Assembly: GCA_034780895.1 (NCBI GenBank)
Contig: JAUZTB010000135.1
Span: 6,852,038-6,916,037, forward strand
DNA length: 64,000 nucleotides
Source of the DNA: Rhynchobatus australiae
Taxonomy: Eukaryota
Direction of reading: 5' to 3'
Shown here: piece after piece, positions 12,030-24,073 of the stretch
How the letters are laid out: each line of letters begins with the position of its first letter
How positions within the stretch are numbered: position 1 is the stretch's first letter
Position numbers and translations under genes: made by a program
Notes under the pieces: model-generated
What the model saw: the letters and a program-made list of their open reading frames with translations, nothing else
What the model was told of the DNA's origin: nothing
Databases searched by the model: none

Positions 12030-12288
12030 GTCATAGAGCAATACAGTGTGGGTATAGGCCCTTCGGTCCAACTAGTCCATGGTGCCCACCCAGCTAGTCC
12101 CAATTTCCTGCTTTCGGCCCATATCCCTGCAAGCCCCGCCCCTCCATGTACCTATCCAAGTGCTTCTTAAATGATACTATTACATCAACCACTTCCTTTG
12201 GCAGCTCGTTCCATATGCACACCACCCTCTGCTTGAAAATGTTGCCCCTCAGGTCTCTTTTAAATCTTTCCTCTCTCACCCTGAACTT
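12030..12288 (-). mobile_element. CR1 LINE 3' end
   Basis: Minus ORF ends FRVREERFKRDLRGNIFKQRVVCIWNELPKEVVD...FKKHLDRYM; the tail lies near 12030. Confidence 0.9.
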
Positions 12289-12454
12289 TAGAGGTTCAAT
12301 GAATGCAGGGACCTCTGTGTGATGCTGAGCTCTCCACAGTACTCTGCGACCCTGTGGAATCTTTTGCTCTTTGTGTTGGGGGATGCATTGTGCTTCTAAT
12401 GATCCAGCCCACACTGACCTGAGCTGGTCCACCTGGTCTGACAAACAATCTACT

Positions 12455-12775
12455 TTTGGGATGTGGGTATCGCAGCCGATGACAACATTTACTGTGCATC
12501 TCTCATTGTTCCCTAACGAAGGGCTTTTCAGAGGACATGATGTCAGCAAGCATGACTGATTTCTTCCCCAGAATGACACGAATGAGCCAGATGATCGGGT
12601 AGTTTTGTTTTCATCATTATTATAGCTAGTTGTTTTTGCTTTAATTTTGGATTATTAACAAAATTTAAATTCCACAGCTGCCTTTGGTGNNNNNNNNNNA
12701 GATTTGAATTCCGGTCTCTGGGTTGTTAGTCCTCTAGATTGCTGGTGAAGTAGTTTAACTATTGCTGTACCATGA
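12455..12775 (-). mobile_element. Old L2-tailed SINE
   Basis: TGGGATGTGGGTATCGCAGCCGATGACAACATTTACTGTGCATCTCTCATTGTTCC tail and TTTAAATTCCACAGCTGCC...GATTTGAA head, reverse of 60850-61148. Confidence 0.6.
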
Positions 12776-14054
12776 TACCCATTATCTACCCTACAGTCAA
12801 TCATTTTCACAGTGAATCTGTTTAAATCAATTGGCCATTTTTCTCTTCACTTGGGGTTCTAATTATGGAAAAGGAAATCTTTTCAGAAATTCCTTGCAGT
12901 GCACAAAAAATTCATTTGTTTCAAAATATGAGTAAAAAACATTCAGGTGTGTCCAGAAGTTTGATACATGAATGGTTAACAATACCAGTAGAGCTGTCAT
13001 TACAAGAATAACTTCGTCTAAACTGAGTTAGCATCTTTTTTATCGATGGGAAAAACACATGAGAAGTGATGCAAATAACACATGAAAGCATGACATTTGC
13101 TGTGCTGACTATGGATTTCTTATTTAGGAAAAGAAGGACTATTTCAGTTGACAACATACTGCAGTGTAAATTTAAACCAATGTTTACAAGCCATCCCAGC
13201 CAAATAAAACTTGCCCTAGAAATTCATCCGTGCCATGCCCAAAAGACTCATTAACCTGCCGTTAATGAATTTTGTGCACATTTCTGAGTGACTTCATGCC
13301 AGTCATTAATAAATGACTTTCCATTGCGAGAATCTCGTATACCCTAGTGTTATTTTCTCATTTGTTCAGCTTGCCCAAATGACGTCTGCAGTTGTGCAAT
13401 GTTCAAGATTAATTTCTCTCATGATTTTCTGCCAGGTTGGTCTATATCATATGAACATAGGGTTTAGGAGCAGGGATAGGACACCTTTGAACATCCTCTG
13501 CCATTCAGTAAGATCACAGCTCATCGTATGGTAACCTTCACTACTCATTCCCACCTACTCCTGACACCTTGCATAAAAAGAACCTATCTACAAATACCTT
13601 AAAGATATTCAAAGACTCTGATTTCTTTTCCCCCGCCCCCNNNNNNNNNNNNNNNNNNNNNNNNNNNNNNNNNNNNNNNNNNNNNNNNNNNNNNNNNNNN
13701 NNNNNNNNNNNNNNNNNNNNNNNNNNNNNNNNNNNNNNNNTCCCCCTCCCCCATTTGTCTCCAGCCCCCCAAACGAGTCTCATGTAGGTCCCAAACTGGT
13801 GACAACTTATTTTTAATGCCAGCACTTTCAGGAGTTTTGCAGTGCAGTCAAATGCTGTTAACTCATGTACAGAAGAACTTGTCTTTAACAACAGTGAAGT
13901 CTCAAACTGATTGTTATTTAAAAGATCGGACATGTCTCTCTTGCAATCATGTCTGCTTGGAGTTTGCCTTTCAGACAAACACAAATGTCTGCACTGCTGC
14001 CTGAGTCAAGCTCACCTTCAGAAATATTGCCTCAGGGTTCTTGTAGGCTGTAAT

Positions 14055-14195
14055 AAAACAGAAAAAAATGCTGGAAACATCTAAAGTTCTGATGCAAGCG
14101 ATTGAACTGTAATGCTGTTTCAGATGCTGCCTGACCTACTGAGTGTTTCCAGCATTTCCTGTTTTTATCCAGAATTACCAGTATCTGCAGTAGTT
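14055..14195 (+). mobile_element. Penelope-derived element with inverted 5' piece
   Basis: AAAACAGAAAAAAATGCTGGAAACA is inverted relative to TGTTTCCAGCATTTCCTGTTTT; contains GTTCTGATGCAAG. Confidence 0.65.
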
Positions 14196-15799
14196 TGGTT
14201 TTGGACCTGCTGAGATGCACTGCAATGGCACTTGCTGACTTGACTGTTGCGTCACAGAAGTCAAGAAAAGCTCTGCTGGCAAAGTGGGGAACCCTCTACT
14301 GTTGGTAAATGTGATCTTTGTATTCACATCTGGAAGGAGCATTGGCTGCAATTGCAAGGCTCCCAAATGCATAGCTATTTGTGGAGGGCACTCATGCCCT
14401 TACAGCCACCTCCCTTATAAACCCCAGTATAAATGCATCCAGTACTGTGGGGTCACCTGCTGGGCATATTGTTCTTCAGAAGCCAGTGCAGGTTCCTTAC
14501 TTTCCTCAACCAACCCTGCCCTTCGCCCCCCACCTGTCAAACCTTCCTAGGAGGCTTCCTCCCTGTAGCTGATAGCATGCTGGTTGTCCCATGGTGTAAA
14601 AACTACTTCCTGAAGTCCTAGTAGTGAGGAAAAGTGTGGCTAATGAGGGAAATTTGACCCTCAAGTGCTGCTATTGCTGGAACGGATTGCACTNNNNNNN
14701 NNNNNNNNNNNNNNNNNNNNNNNNNNNNNNNNNNNNNNNNNNNNNNNNNNNNNNNNNNNNNNNNNNNNNNNNNNNNNNNNNNNNNNNNNNNNNNNNNNNN
14801 NNNNNNNNNNNNNNNNNNNNNNNNNNNNNNNNNNNNNNNNNNNNNNNNNNNNNNNNNNNNNNNNNNNNNNNNNNNNNNNNNNNNNNNNNNNNNNNNNNNN
14901 NNNNNNNNNNNNNNNNNNNNNNNNNNNNNNNNNNNNNNNNNNNNNNNNNNNNNNNNNNNNNNNNNNNNNNNNNNNNNNNNNNNNNNNNNNNNNNNNNNNN
15001 NNNNNNNNNNNNNNNNNNNNNNNNNNNNNNNNNNNNNNNNNNNNNNNNNNNNNNNNNNNNNNNNNNNNNNNNNNNNNNNNNNNNNNNNNNNNNNNNNNNN
15101 NNNNNNNNNNNNNNNNNNNNNNNNNNNNNNNNNNNNNNNNNNNNNNNNNNNNNNNNNNNNNNNNNNNNNNNNNNNNNNNNNNNNNNNNNNNNNNNNNNNN
15201 NNNNNNNNNNNNNNNNNNNNNNNNNNNNNNNNNNNNNNNNNNNNNNNNNNNNNNNNNNNNNNNNNNNNNNNNNNNNNNNNNNNNNNNNNNNNNNNNNNNN
15301 NNNNNNNNNNNNNNNNNNNNNNNNNNNNNNNNNNNNNNNNNNNNNNNNNNNNNNNNNNNNNTTCAGAAATAGCACGACAGTAATTGCTAAAGCTGTTTTA
15401 ATGCCTGAAAAACAGTGCAGATAAAATTCTAGGCACTTTTCTCTGTACATAGAACATGCATTACCATTCTTAATTCCAATGTTAAGTCCCAAAATTGTTC
15501 TTTTTTGAAATGATGAAGTGTAAACCTGCAGGAAATTACCAGGGGGATGTCTATGAGGGCCCTTCAAGGATGTCAGCATTTTTTTGGAGCCTTGCAGTGC
15601 AGTCAAATGCCTCTTTCAGGTATGATGCAGTATGCATTCATTAAAAACAGAAAGTTTCTCACTTTACCAGCAGAATATTTTCACTTGTAGACAATCAATA
15701 TTCAGTTTTGCAATTGCGTTACAGACACATGGTATGTTAGCTCCCACAGGCCAGCAGTGGAATAGACATATACTAGATGTATCAAGCTCCCTACTGAAG

Positions 15800-15968
15800 G
15801 AAGGATATTATTTCATTGGAGGCAATTCAATGAAAATGCATTGGGATGATCCCTACAGATTGTCCTGTGAGGGAAGTCTAAACACGTTGGGACTATTTAC
15901 ATTGAAGAATGAGAGGTGATTTTATTTAAACATATGATTTTATTTAAACATATGATTTTATTTAAACA
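15800..15968 (+). mobile_element. CR1 fragment ending in an 18-bp tandem triplication
   Basis: RLSCEGSLNTLGLFTLKNER in ORF 15632-15919; TGATTTTATTTAAACATA repeated three times at about 15917-15968. Confidence 0.65.
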
Positions 15969-16724
15969 CATCCCACATTCCAAAGACGTATGGGTNNNNN
16001 NNNNNNNNNNNNNNNNNNNNNNNNNNNNNNNNNNNNNNNNNNNNNNNNNNNNNNNNNNNNNNNNNNNNNNNNNNNNNNNNNNNNNNNNNNNNNNNNNNNN
16101 NNNNNNNNNNNNNNNNNNNNNNNNNNNNNNNNNNNNNNNNNNNNNNNNNNNNNNNNNNNNNNNNNNNNNNNNNNNNNNNNNNNNNNNNNNNNNNNNNNNN
16201 NNNNNNNNNNNNNNNNNNNNNNNNNNNNNNNNNNNNNNNNNNNNNNNNNNNNNNNNNNNNNNNNNNNNNNNNNNNNNNNNNNNNNNNNNNNNNNNNNNNN
16301 NNNNNNNNNNNNNNNNNNNNNNNNNNNNNNNNNNNNNNNNNNNNNNNNNNNNNNNNNNNNNNNNNNNNNNNNNNNNNNNNNNNNNNNNNNNNNNNNNNNN
16401 NNNNNNNNNNNNNNNNNNNNNNNNNNNNNNNNNNNNNNNNNNNNNNNNNNNNNNNNNNNNNNNNNNNNNNNNNNNNNNNNNNNNNNNNNNNNNNNNNNNN
16501 NNNNNNNNNNNNNNNNNNNNNNNNNNNNNNNNNNNNNNNNNNNNNNNNNNNNNNNNNNNNNNNNNNNNNNNNNNNNNNNNNNNNNNNNNNNNNNNNNNNN
16601 NNNNNNNNNNNNNNNNNNNNNNNNNNNNNNNNNNNNNNNNNNNNNNNNNNNNNNNNNNNNNNNNNNNNNNNNNNNNNNNNNNNNNNNNNNNNNNNNNNNN
16701 NNNNNNNNNNNNNNNNNNNNNNNN

Positions 16725-16900
16725 ATTTTAAGGGAGAATTAAGTAGATCCTTGATAAGCGAGCAGTGAGGGTAGGTTGGGGGATGTAAGTGGGTGGAAGT
16801 TACCATGGAGAGATTTGAATGTGGAGTTGAGGTTACAATCAGATCAGCTGTATTCTTCAATGGTGCAGTAGACTTGAATGGCCTACTCCTGCTCCTAAAT
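16725..16900 (+). mobile_element. CR1 LINE 3' tail
   Basis: ATTTTAAGGGAGAATTAAGTAGATCCTTGATAAGC...TTGAATGGCCTACTCCTGCTCCTAA. Confidence 0.7.
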
Positions 16901-18891
16901 TGTACATTTACGTGTATGGCGGTACTTGAGTTGCTGGGCTCATGTTGCAAATTGGACGCTGATGGCTGGCTTCTGAACTACTACTTGCCAAAATGGATGT
17001 GCACGTTTAAGTATTCATTGTAATAAGTTTTCTTGTTGCTGTAAAGCTACACCTATGGGTGGAAATGTATGCTTTCCTTCACCCTTCAGACGTTGAAAAT
17101 CAAATTGATTTTTGCAAAATTTTGCAGAATTATATGGTGGTTTGGCTCTGCTGCTGCCTGCAGTAAAACAGGTTGAGGAGAAAGCACAATTTTCTGACTC
17201 TTCAGGGATTCTGTATTTGTTACTTTATTGCCAGTTGTTGCAGGGTTTTATTTTTCCCAAGTTTAGATTTTTCCTTTGTTTGACTACAGAGCAGGAAATC
17301 TATCTCCTACTGTTACAGCTGGTAGCCGAATTGGCAGTTATGAATGAATTATTTTGCCCTTTGAGGATTGCAGATGAATTTCTGAAACAAGAAAATCTCA
17401 ACGAGAGCAATTATAAAGTAACCTAGTGAAGTGGTTCATTTCCTTACCAATGTGCCATCCACAGTGGAATCTGGTGCTGAATAAGGATCAGTAGATCCTC
17501 CACAACGAACAGAGGTATAATTCATTGCACGGCTTATACTTTGATCCTCTTGTTCAGTGTGCAAGGGAGCAATAATAAAAGATCAATCATCTTGCTTCTC
17601 TTCTTAGCAGCCAGAGAAACGTGCCAAAGGGGAAAATCTGAGGAGTGAAGAATACTTTATTGACATTATTCTTTAACCAATCATTTGTAAAGATATCTAC
17701 TTGTATTCCATATATCCTTCAAATCTCACTTTAATTTATAGCATTAAAGTTTCCCATTATCTCTACAGTTGTTACATAATGAAAATCAAACGCAGAGATC
17801 TGCAGCAGACTTTCACCCATCAAACGATTAAAGCTAATGGTCTTTAACAATTTCCTCACTTTTTATACTCCTTTCCTTAACACTTATCCAGTAAGATTTC
17901 ATCAGCCCTTTGAGCACTGAATTCCTTCATACTTATGGTGTTGGAACATATGTTCAACCACTTAAACATATTCAAGAAATATTCTGTAAAGTTATAACTC
18001 CTTAGATAGTGGAGTTAGAAAGCACAACATAACAGATTATAAAGTTTATTATTAGATTGGTTTAAATAACAAGTGATTTAAAGATATGAAGAAACACTCT
18101 TGTCCATGTAGGAATTGAACCATTAGTCATGATACAAAAATATTTCTTGCTGTCCCACATTTTTAAAAATTACCGCTTATGTGTGGAGGGGTGATCTGAA
18201 ACTATTTGCACCTTTTTATTCTTTTACTTTTCTCCCTGTCCAACTTTCAAAATCCTACTTAAGCCTGTGTTTTCAGAAGTTTATGCTTTATTGATGTGAT
18301 CTGTGATTATTTCAGATGAGAGAGACAAAAGGCATTGTTCTCGCAGCTGGTGATGTCTCCTTTCTGTAAGGTATCTACAATAACTCGATTGAGAAGTTGG
18401 TCCCACTTCCACAGTTGGTTTGCATATGTGTCATGCCTGGGGGATTGTGTTCTGGGACGTGTGAAATGAGCATTTAAATTGTTATATATGGCTTGCCTTT
18501 TTATTTAGAAATAAAACTGAAAGCATATCTTTTCTGTTGCACTCTTGGACCCATTTGGAAACCAAACAGCTTCATTTTCCTTCTGGAAACCCAGTGCCAG
18601 AATGAGAGGGGCCCTGAACATTGCTTTATTCCTCATTGATGGCACCTCTGACATTGTGTGATCTCGTGCATCCCATCCCATGCTCTTCATAAAGCACAAA
18701 AGGATTGTCATTTTTTTTGGATCCAGTTGATGACTAGCCACACAGAATTTGTGACAGCAGTTAAAACATTTTCATCTGATGATAAGCCTCTGCACCTTAA
18801 CTAAATGAAGGACCTGAGAGAAAACCAAGAATACTGCTGTAACAGTAGTGCTCAACAGATAATTTGATAAATTAGTTTATTATTGTCACAT

Positions 18892-19360
18892 AATAACCTG
18901 AGGGCACATACCACCAGACTTAAGAACAGCTTGTACCCCACTGTGGTAAGACTATTGAACAGTTCCCTTATAGGATGAGATGCACCTCACGATCTATGTT
19001 GTTGTGACCTTGCACCTTATTGCACTGCACTTTCTCTGTAGCTGTGACACTTTACTCTATAATGTTGTTGTTTTTACCTGTACTACATCAATGCACTCTG
19101 TACTAACTCAATGTAACTGCACTGTGTAATGAATTGACCNNNNNNNNNNNNNNNNNNNNNNNNNNNNNNNNNNNNNNNNNNNNNNNNNNNNNNNNNNNNN
19201 NNNNNNNNNNNNNNNNNNNNNNNNNNNNNNNNNNNNNNNTTTTTACCTGTACTACATCAATGCACTCTGTACTAACTCAATGTAACTGCACTGTGTAATG
19301 AATTGACCTATACGATTGGTATGCAAGACTAGTTTAGACAATGATAAACCAATACCAATA
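18892..19360 (+). mobile_element. Rex1/Babar LINE 3' end, nested in an opposite-strand copy
   Basis: CATACCACCAGACTTAAGAACAGCTTGTACCCCACTGTGGTAAGACTATTGAA (RTxRLKNSFYPxxIRLLN-like), 3'UTR, and ATAAACCAATACCAATA tail. Confidence 0.85.
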
Positions 19361-19940
19361 TCAGTGAGAAACTTTGTTTTGAGTGCCATCCATACAGGCA
19401 TTGACATCAGTGCATTGAGGTAGTACAAGGGAAAGCAATAACTGAATGCAGAATAAAGTGTTACAGTTACAAAGAAAGTGCAGTGCAGGCAGACAAAAAG
19501 GTGCAAGGCCATAATGAGGTAGTCCGTGAGGTCAAGAGTCCACCTTATCGTACTGGAGAACCATTCAATAGTCTTATAACAGTGGGTAGAAGCCGTCCTT
19601 CAGCCTGGTGGTACATGCTTTCAGGCTTTTGTATCCTCTGCTCAATGGGAGGGGGGAGAAGAGAGAATGGGGTATGTGGGGTTTTTGATATGCTGGCTGC
19701 TTTACTGAGGCAGCGAGAAGTATAGACAGAGTCCATGGAGGGGAGGCTGGCTTTCATGATGTGCTGAGCTGTGTCCACAACTCCGTGATTTCTTGCGGTC
19801 TTGGGCAGAGCAAGAGTGCTTTCTGTGGTGCATCTATAAAAATTGGTGAGTGTCAAAGGGGACATGCCAAATTTCTTTAGCCTCCTGAGGAAGTAGAGGC
19901 CCTGGTGTGCTTTCTTGGCCAAGGCTGGCATCTACGTGGT
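19361..19940 (-). mobile_element. Rex1/Babar LINE 3' region; its tail is displaced to 18866-18891
   Basis: ORF 19545-19931 AKKAHQGLYFLRRLKKFGMSPLTLTNFYRCTTES...IIKxPHTP...TVIRLLN is the Rex1/Babar RT C-terminus. Confidence 0.9.
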
Positions 19941-20833
19941 ATTTTCTTATTTTAGTGGAAACTCCTTTACATACAAAACAGGTCAATATGCTTCTCATCC
20001 ACATTTATTGAAAAAAAAACATGAATCATTATCCAACAACTCTACCTCTCTTTCACAAAGGCATGACACAGCACATCACAGTGTATCCTTTAAGTTTTGT
20101 TTATCATATGGGACTGGTACTTTCACTTTATTGCGTAGATTGTTGAGAACGAACCCTATCAATGAAGCAGTTCTGGGTCCCACTCTCATATCTGCCCCTG
20201 CCCTTTGATTGAAATGTATCCTTGCTGTCCATTCCATCTGTGTTCCTGATGAACAGTCTACTCTCAGATCAGATCTGATTGCATCTTGGTTGGCCACAGC
20301 TGTGTTTGGAATTGCTTATTGTTGGCTTGCCTTGGTTTCTTCTGGCCTTGAGCAGTTATTTGTTGAAGTAACCAAATGATAAATCTTTACTGCAAGCAGT
20401 GTACTTGTATCAGGCATTTTTGTCTGTAACGCACATTTTCTCCCACAAAACTAATTAGCAATAACTAAGAAGCAATCTGCAGTATCAAAAAGCATTTGTA
20501 CACTTTATTGTAATCTTTAAATACAATATGCAAAGTTAAAGCATAGAACAAATGGCACAAATATGAGATGTGCCTCAGATGGTACCCATTTATTCATTCC
20601 CAGATTAAAAACAGTTGCTCGCAAGATTCCCAATTAGTTATATTTGTTTAAGTTATTGGACTACACAGAATTGGAAGGCATTTACTGTGGCACTTTTGAA
20701 ACAGCCATGTTTAGAGGCTGAGTGAAATGAAAGNNNNNNNNNNNNNNNNNNNNNNNNNNNNNNNNNNNNNNNNNNNNNNNNNNNNNNNNNNNNNNNNNNN
20801 NNNNNNNNNNNNNNNNNNNNNNNNNNNNNNNNN

Positions 20834-20946
20834 CCATGCAGACATGGGGAGAACGTACAAACTCCTTACAGACAGTGGCCGGAATTGAACCCGGGTCACT
20901 GGCGCTGTAAAGCGTTACGCTAACCGCTACACTACCGTGCCTGCCC
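20834..20946 (-). mobile_element. tRNA-derived V-SINE head (relatively young, CpG-rich)
   Basis: Minus strand GGCACGGTAGTGTAGCGGTTAGCG...GGGTTCAATTCCGGCC...GGAGTTTGTACGTTCTCCCC with A and B boxes; the rest is lost in an N gap. Confidence 0.85.
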
Positions 20947-20959
20947 ATATTTGCTATAT

Positions 20960-21600
20960 CTGAACTATATGGATTGAAAAAGGGCTATCCAGCCTAACCC
21001 CATCTTCCAGCACTAGGACCAACCCCTGCAGGTCACTGGTCTTCAGGTACACATGCATGTGCTGTTTAACTGTGATGAGGTTTTCTCCCTCCTCCAATCT
21101 TTCAGGGAGTTAGTCCCAGACCTCTACCACACTCTGGTCAAAAATAAATGTCCTCATCTTCCCTCTAATCCTACCAATTACTTTAAATCTATAACCTCTG
21201 GTTTTAGATCCCCTGAGTTAAGGAAGGAAGTCCTTCCTATTTACACCATCAATTCTGCATTCTGTTCTGTTTTTACTACCTTGATGTACTTGTGTATGGC
21301 ATGGTCTGTGTGGATGGCACACAAATAAAGTTTTTCACTGTACCCCAGTACGCATGACAATAATAAACCAATACCAATACCTCAATCAAGTCTCCTCTCA
21401 GCCACTTCTACTTCACAGAAAACAACTTGAGCTGACTGAATCTTTCCCTAATAGCTAATTTTTTTTCGGTTCTGGCAATGTGCTTGTAAAATTCCTCTGC
21501 ATCCTCTTCAGTGCAATCTGATCCTCCTTGTAGTGTAGTGACCAAAACTGTAAGCCCTAAGTTGTGATCCAGCTCATGTTGCAATATAATTCCAGCATAA
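20960..21600 (-). mobile_element. Old CR1 LINE 3' region
   Basis: GTAAAATTCCTCTGCATCCTCTTCAGTGCAATC...TTGTAGTGTAGTGACCAAAACTG is reverse-strand CR1 QFWSPxYKKDxIALERVQRxFT. Confidence 0.7.
21245..21380 (+). mobile_element. Rex1/Babar 3' tail inserted in CR1
   Basis: TTTTCACTGTACCCCAGTACGCATGACAATAATAAACCAATACCAATAC, same tail as 19340-19360. Confidence 0.8.
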
Positions 21601-23103
21601 TATCTTAGAATATCATAATTTTCTCTACTTTCTGCTCTTATTCCAACACCTTGGCGCTTTCATGTCTGTGCTCATTTGATTTGTTGATTACAAATTACAG
21701 ACTAATCTTTGCATTGAATTTCTGTCTTGACAGTAATGGTCGTAAGTCTATAGTAATCAAAAGGTATGGTTTGGTTAACTTTTATACCATTTTCAAAAAG
21801 ATCATTGTAAAACATACCTTTCCAGTTATGTTGGGCTATAGGTTTTGACGGAAAAAAAAAATCCAAACTCAGAACTGAGTATGAAGCATAGAATTATTAT
21901 TGAATTCGAGCGAGTGAAATTGGCTCTATCAAAGATAACATGCAGAGTGATAACAATGCATCTAGTTCCTCTTGCTTGTCTTGTGTATCACTTTATTCTT
22001 TCATCTACTTTAGAACCAGTCTGAGTGTAAAGGTTTTATAGAGAGCCCCTCATTAGTGTGACATTGAAAGGAAGTCGAAACAGGGCAGATTCTTTCTACA
22101 ATCCGCATTCAGTGCTCTGCAAAACTCCTTGCACTTCACACTCTGACTGTCTGAATAACTCTCACTCATTATTGAGGCATTATGTATAACGCCATATATG
22201 TAAGTAAGGGTTATTCTGTGATGTGCGACTTGCTGTATTTTTAGGAGTTGAATAAATTTATTTGCACAATGGAAAAATTAAAAATAAATTCTACTGCAGT
22301 TGCATTCTGAGTGAAAATGATTGGCTGTGGGGCACCATCCCTGTTTATCATGATGAATGGAACTTCATGATTNNNNNNNNNNNNNNNNNNNNNNNNNNNN
22401 NNNNNNNNNNNNNNNNNNNNNNNNNNNNNNNNNNNNNNNNNNNNNNNNNNNNNNNNNNNNNNNNNNNNNNNNTTCATGATTCCACATTGAAAAGTTTTAC
22501 ACAAAACATCTGCTCCCAAGGTGCCTTTAACTTGCAGGTTTATGTTTCATTTAGTACTTAAACAGATGTTGAATTGCATAGGGTTTGAATCCAATGCCTG
22601 TATTTCTGTGAACTTCTGAAAACCACCCTGTTTCAACAATGACTTGCTCTTGGAACAGATGGGTAGTGGAGAGCATGGCTTCCTTTCCTCGAGCCCTCCC
22701 ACAGCTGACTTCTGTTGTAATCATTCTCCTGTTTAACTTGGATGCAGAATGGTGGGTTTGACAGTAACGATATAAAACTGATGTTCGCAGTTTTGGGAAG
22801 TTGTACATCCGGTCAAGTACAGAACTAATTTTCATGGATCATGCAAGGAGAAATTAAGGTGCGAACAGGAGTGTGAGACAAAATTGGTTCTGGTACATTG
22901 CTTTTCCTTTGTCAATATTGTTAGATGATCTTTTCTGAAGTTATTTAATGATATCAGTTTTTGGTGATGAGCATCCTTCAGTCGTTCATCCAGCTGGTTA
23001 TTATTCATCATTGAAGTTGATGGTCAACAGGACATGTTATATCTCAGGCCAACGTGCACATGCTCAGTTGCGATTGAGTGTAACACTCGATTTTGAAAAT
23101 TAA

Positions 23104-24021
23104 TTGGAATTGGTTTATTGTCACATGTACCAAGGTAGAATGAATTAAACACAATTCATTACACAGTGCATTGAGGTAGTACTAGGTAAAACAATAACAG
23201 AATGCAGAATAAAGTGAACAGCTACAGAGAAAGTATAGTGCAGATAGAAAGTGAGGTGCAAGGTCATATTGTAGATTGTGAGGTCAAGAGTCCATCTTAT
23301 TGTACTAGGGAACTGTTCAATAGTCATAGCAGCAGGATAGAAGCCATCCTTGAGCTGGTGGTACATGCTTTCAGGCTTTTGTATTTTCTGCCCGATGGGA
23401 GAGGGGAGTAGAGAGAATGTCCTGGGTGGGTGGGGTCTTTGATTATGTTGGCTGCTTTACCAAAGCAGTGAGAAGTATAGACAGGGACCATGGAGGGAAG
23501 GCTGGTTTCTGTGAAGTGCTCTGTCCACAACTCTGCAGTTTCTTGTGGTCATGGGCAGAGCAGTTGCTATACCAAGCTGTGGTGCATCTGGATAGGATGC
23601 TTTCTATGGTGCATCAATAAAAATCGGTGAAGGTTGACAGGGACATGCCAAATTTCTTTAGCCTCCTGAGGAAGTAGAGATGATAATGAGCTTTCTTCGC
23701 CGTGGTTGGACCAGGACAGGCTGTTGGTGACATTCATTCCTNNNNNNNNNNNNNNNNNNNNNNNNNNNNNNNNNNNNNNNNNNNNNNNNNNNNNNNNNNN
23801 NNNNNNNNNNNNNNNNNNNNNNNNNNNNNNNNNNNNNNNNNNNNNNNNNNNNNNNNNNNNNNNNNNNNNNNNNNNNNNNNNNNNNNNNNNNNNNNNNNNN
23901 NNNNNNNNNNNNNNNNNNNNNNNNNNNNNNNNNNNNNNNNNNNNNNNTCAATGACCAGCTCTTTTGTTTTGCTGACATTGAGGGAAAGGTTGTTGTCATG
24001 ACACCATGTCACTAGGCTCTC
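23104..24021 (-). mobile_element. Rex1/Babar LINE, 5'-truncated
   Basis: Minus ORFs WCHDNNLSLNVSKTKELVI and YTSHCFGKAANIIKDPTHPGHSLYSPLPSGRKYKSLK; tail TTGGTTTATTGTCACATGTACC near 23110. Confidence 0.92.
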
Positions 24022-24073
24022 TTTGAGGTAAGATTAAATCACGATCTTACCTCAAAGATTAATAACTCTACCT

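Noticed and set aside
15917-15968. 18-bp x3 repeat as a CRISPR-like or regulatory array
   Set aside because: No spacers; simple slippage of CR1 sequence next to a gap.
14624-16950. Long ORFs of 235-330 aa in the track
   Set aside because: Almost entirely X from N gaps; the same applies at 26.3, 39.4, 41.1 and 54.9 kb.
17507-17555. Hairpin GAACAGAGG...CCTCTTGTTC with an ATTGCAC miR-92-like word
   Set aside because: The stem is short and heavily bulged, and the seed-like word falls in the loop.
19070-19308. ~69-bp exact duplication around a gap
   Set aside because: Same gap-overlap artefact; shorter cases occur at about 22364/22473, 38729/38843 and 47573/47683.
19416-19440. let-7-like start TGAGGTAGTA as a miRNA gene
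   Set aside because: Only 10 nt match, no precursor hairpin, and it lies within a LINE UTR; kept only as a possible target site.
20870-20946. tRNA-like sequence with A and B boxes
   Set aside because: It continues into the V domain, so it is a SINE head and not a tRNA gene.
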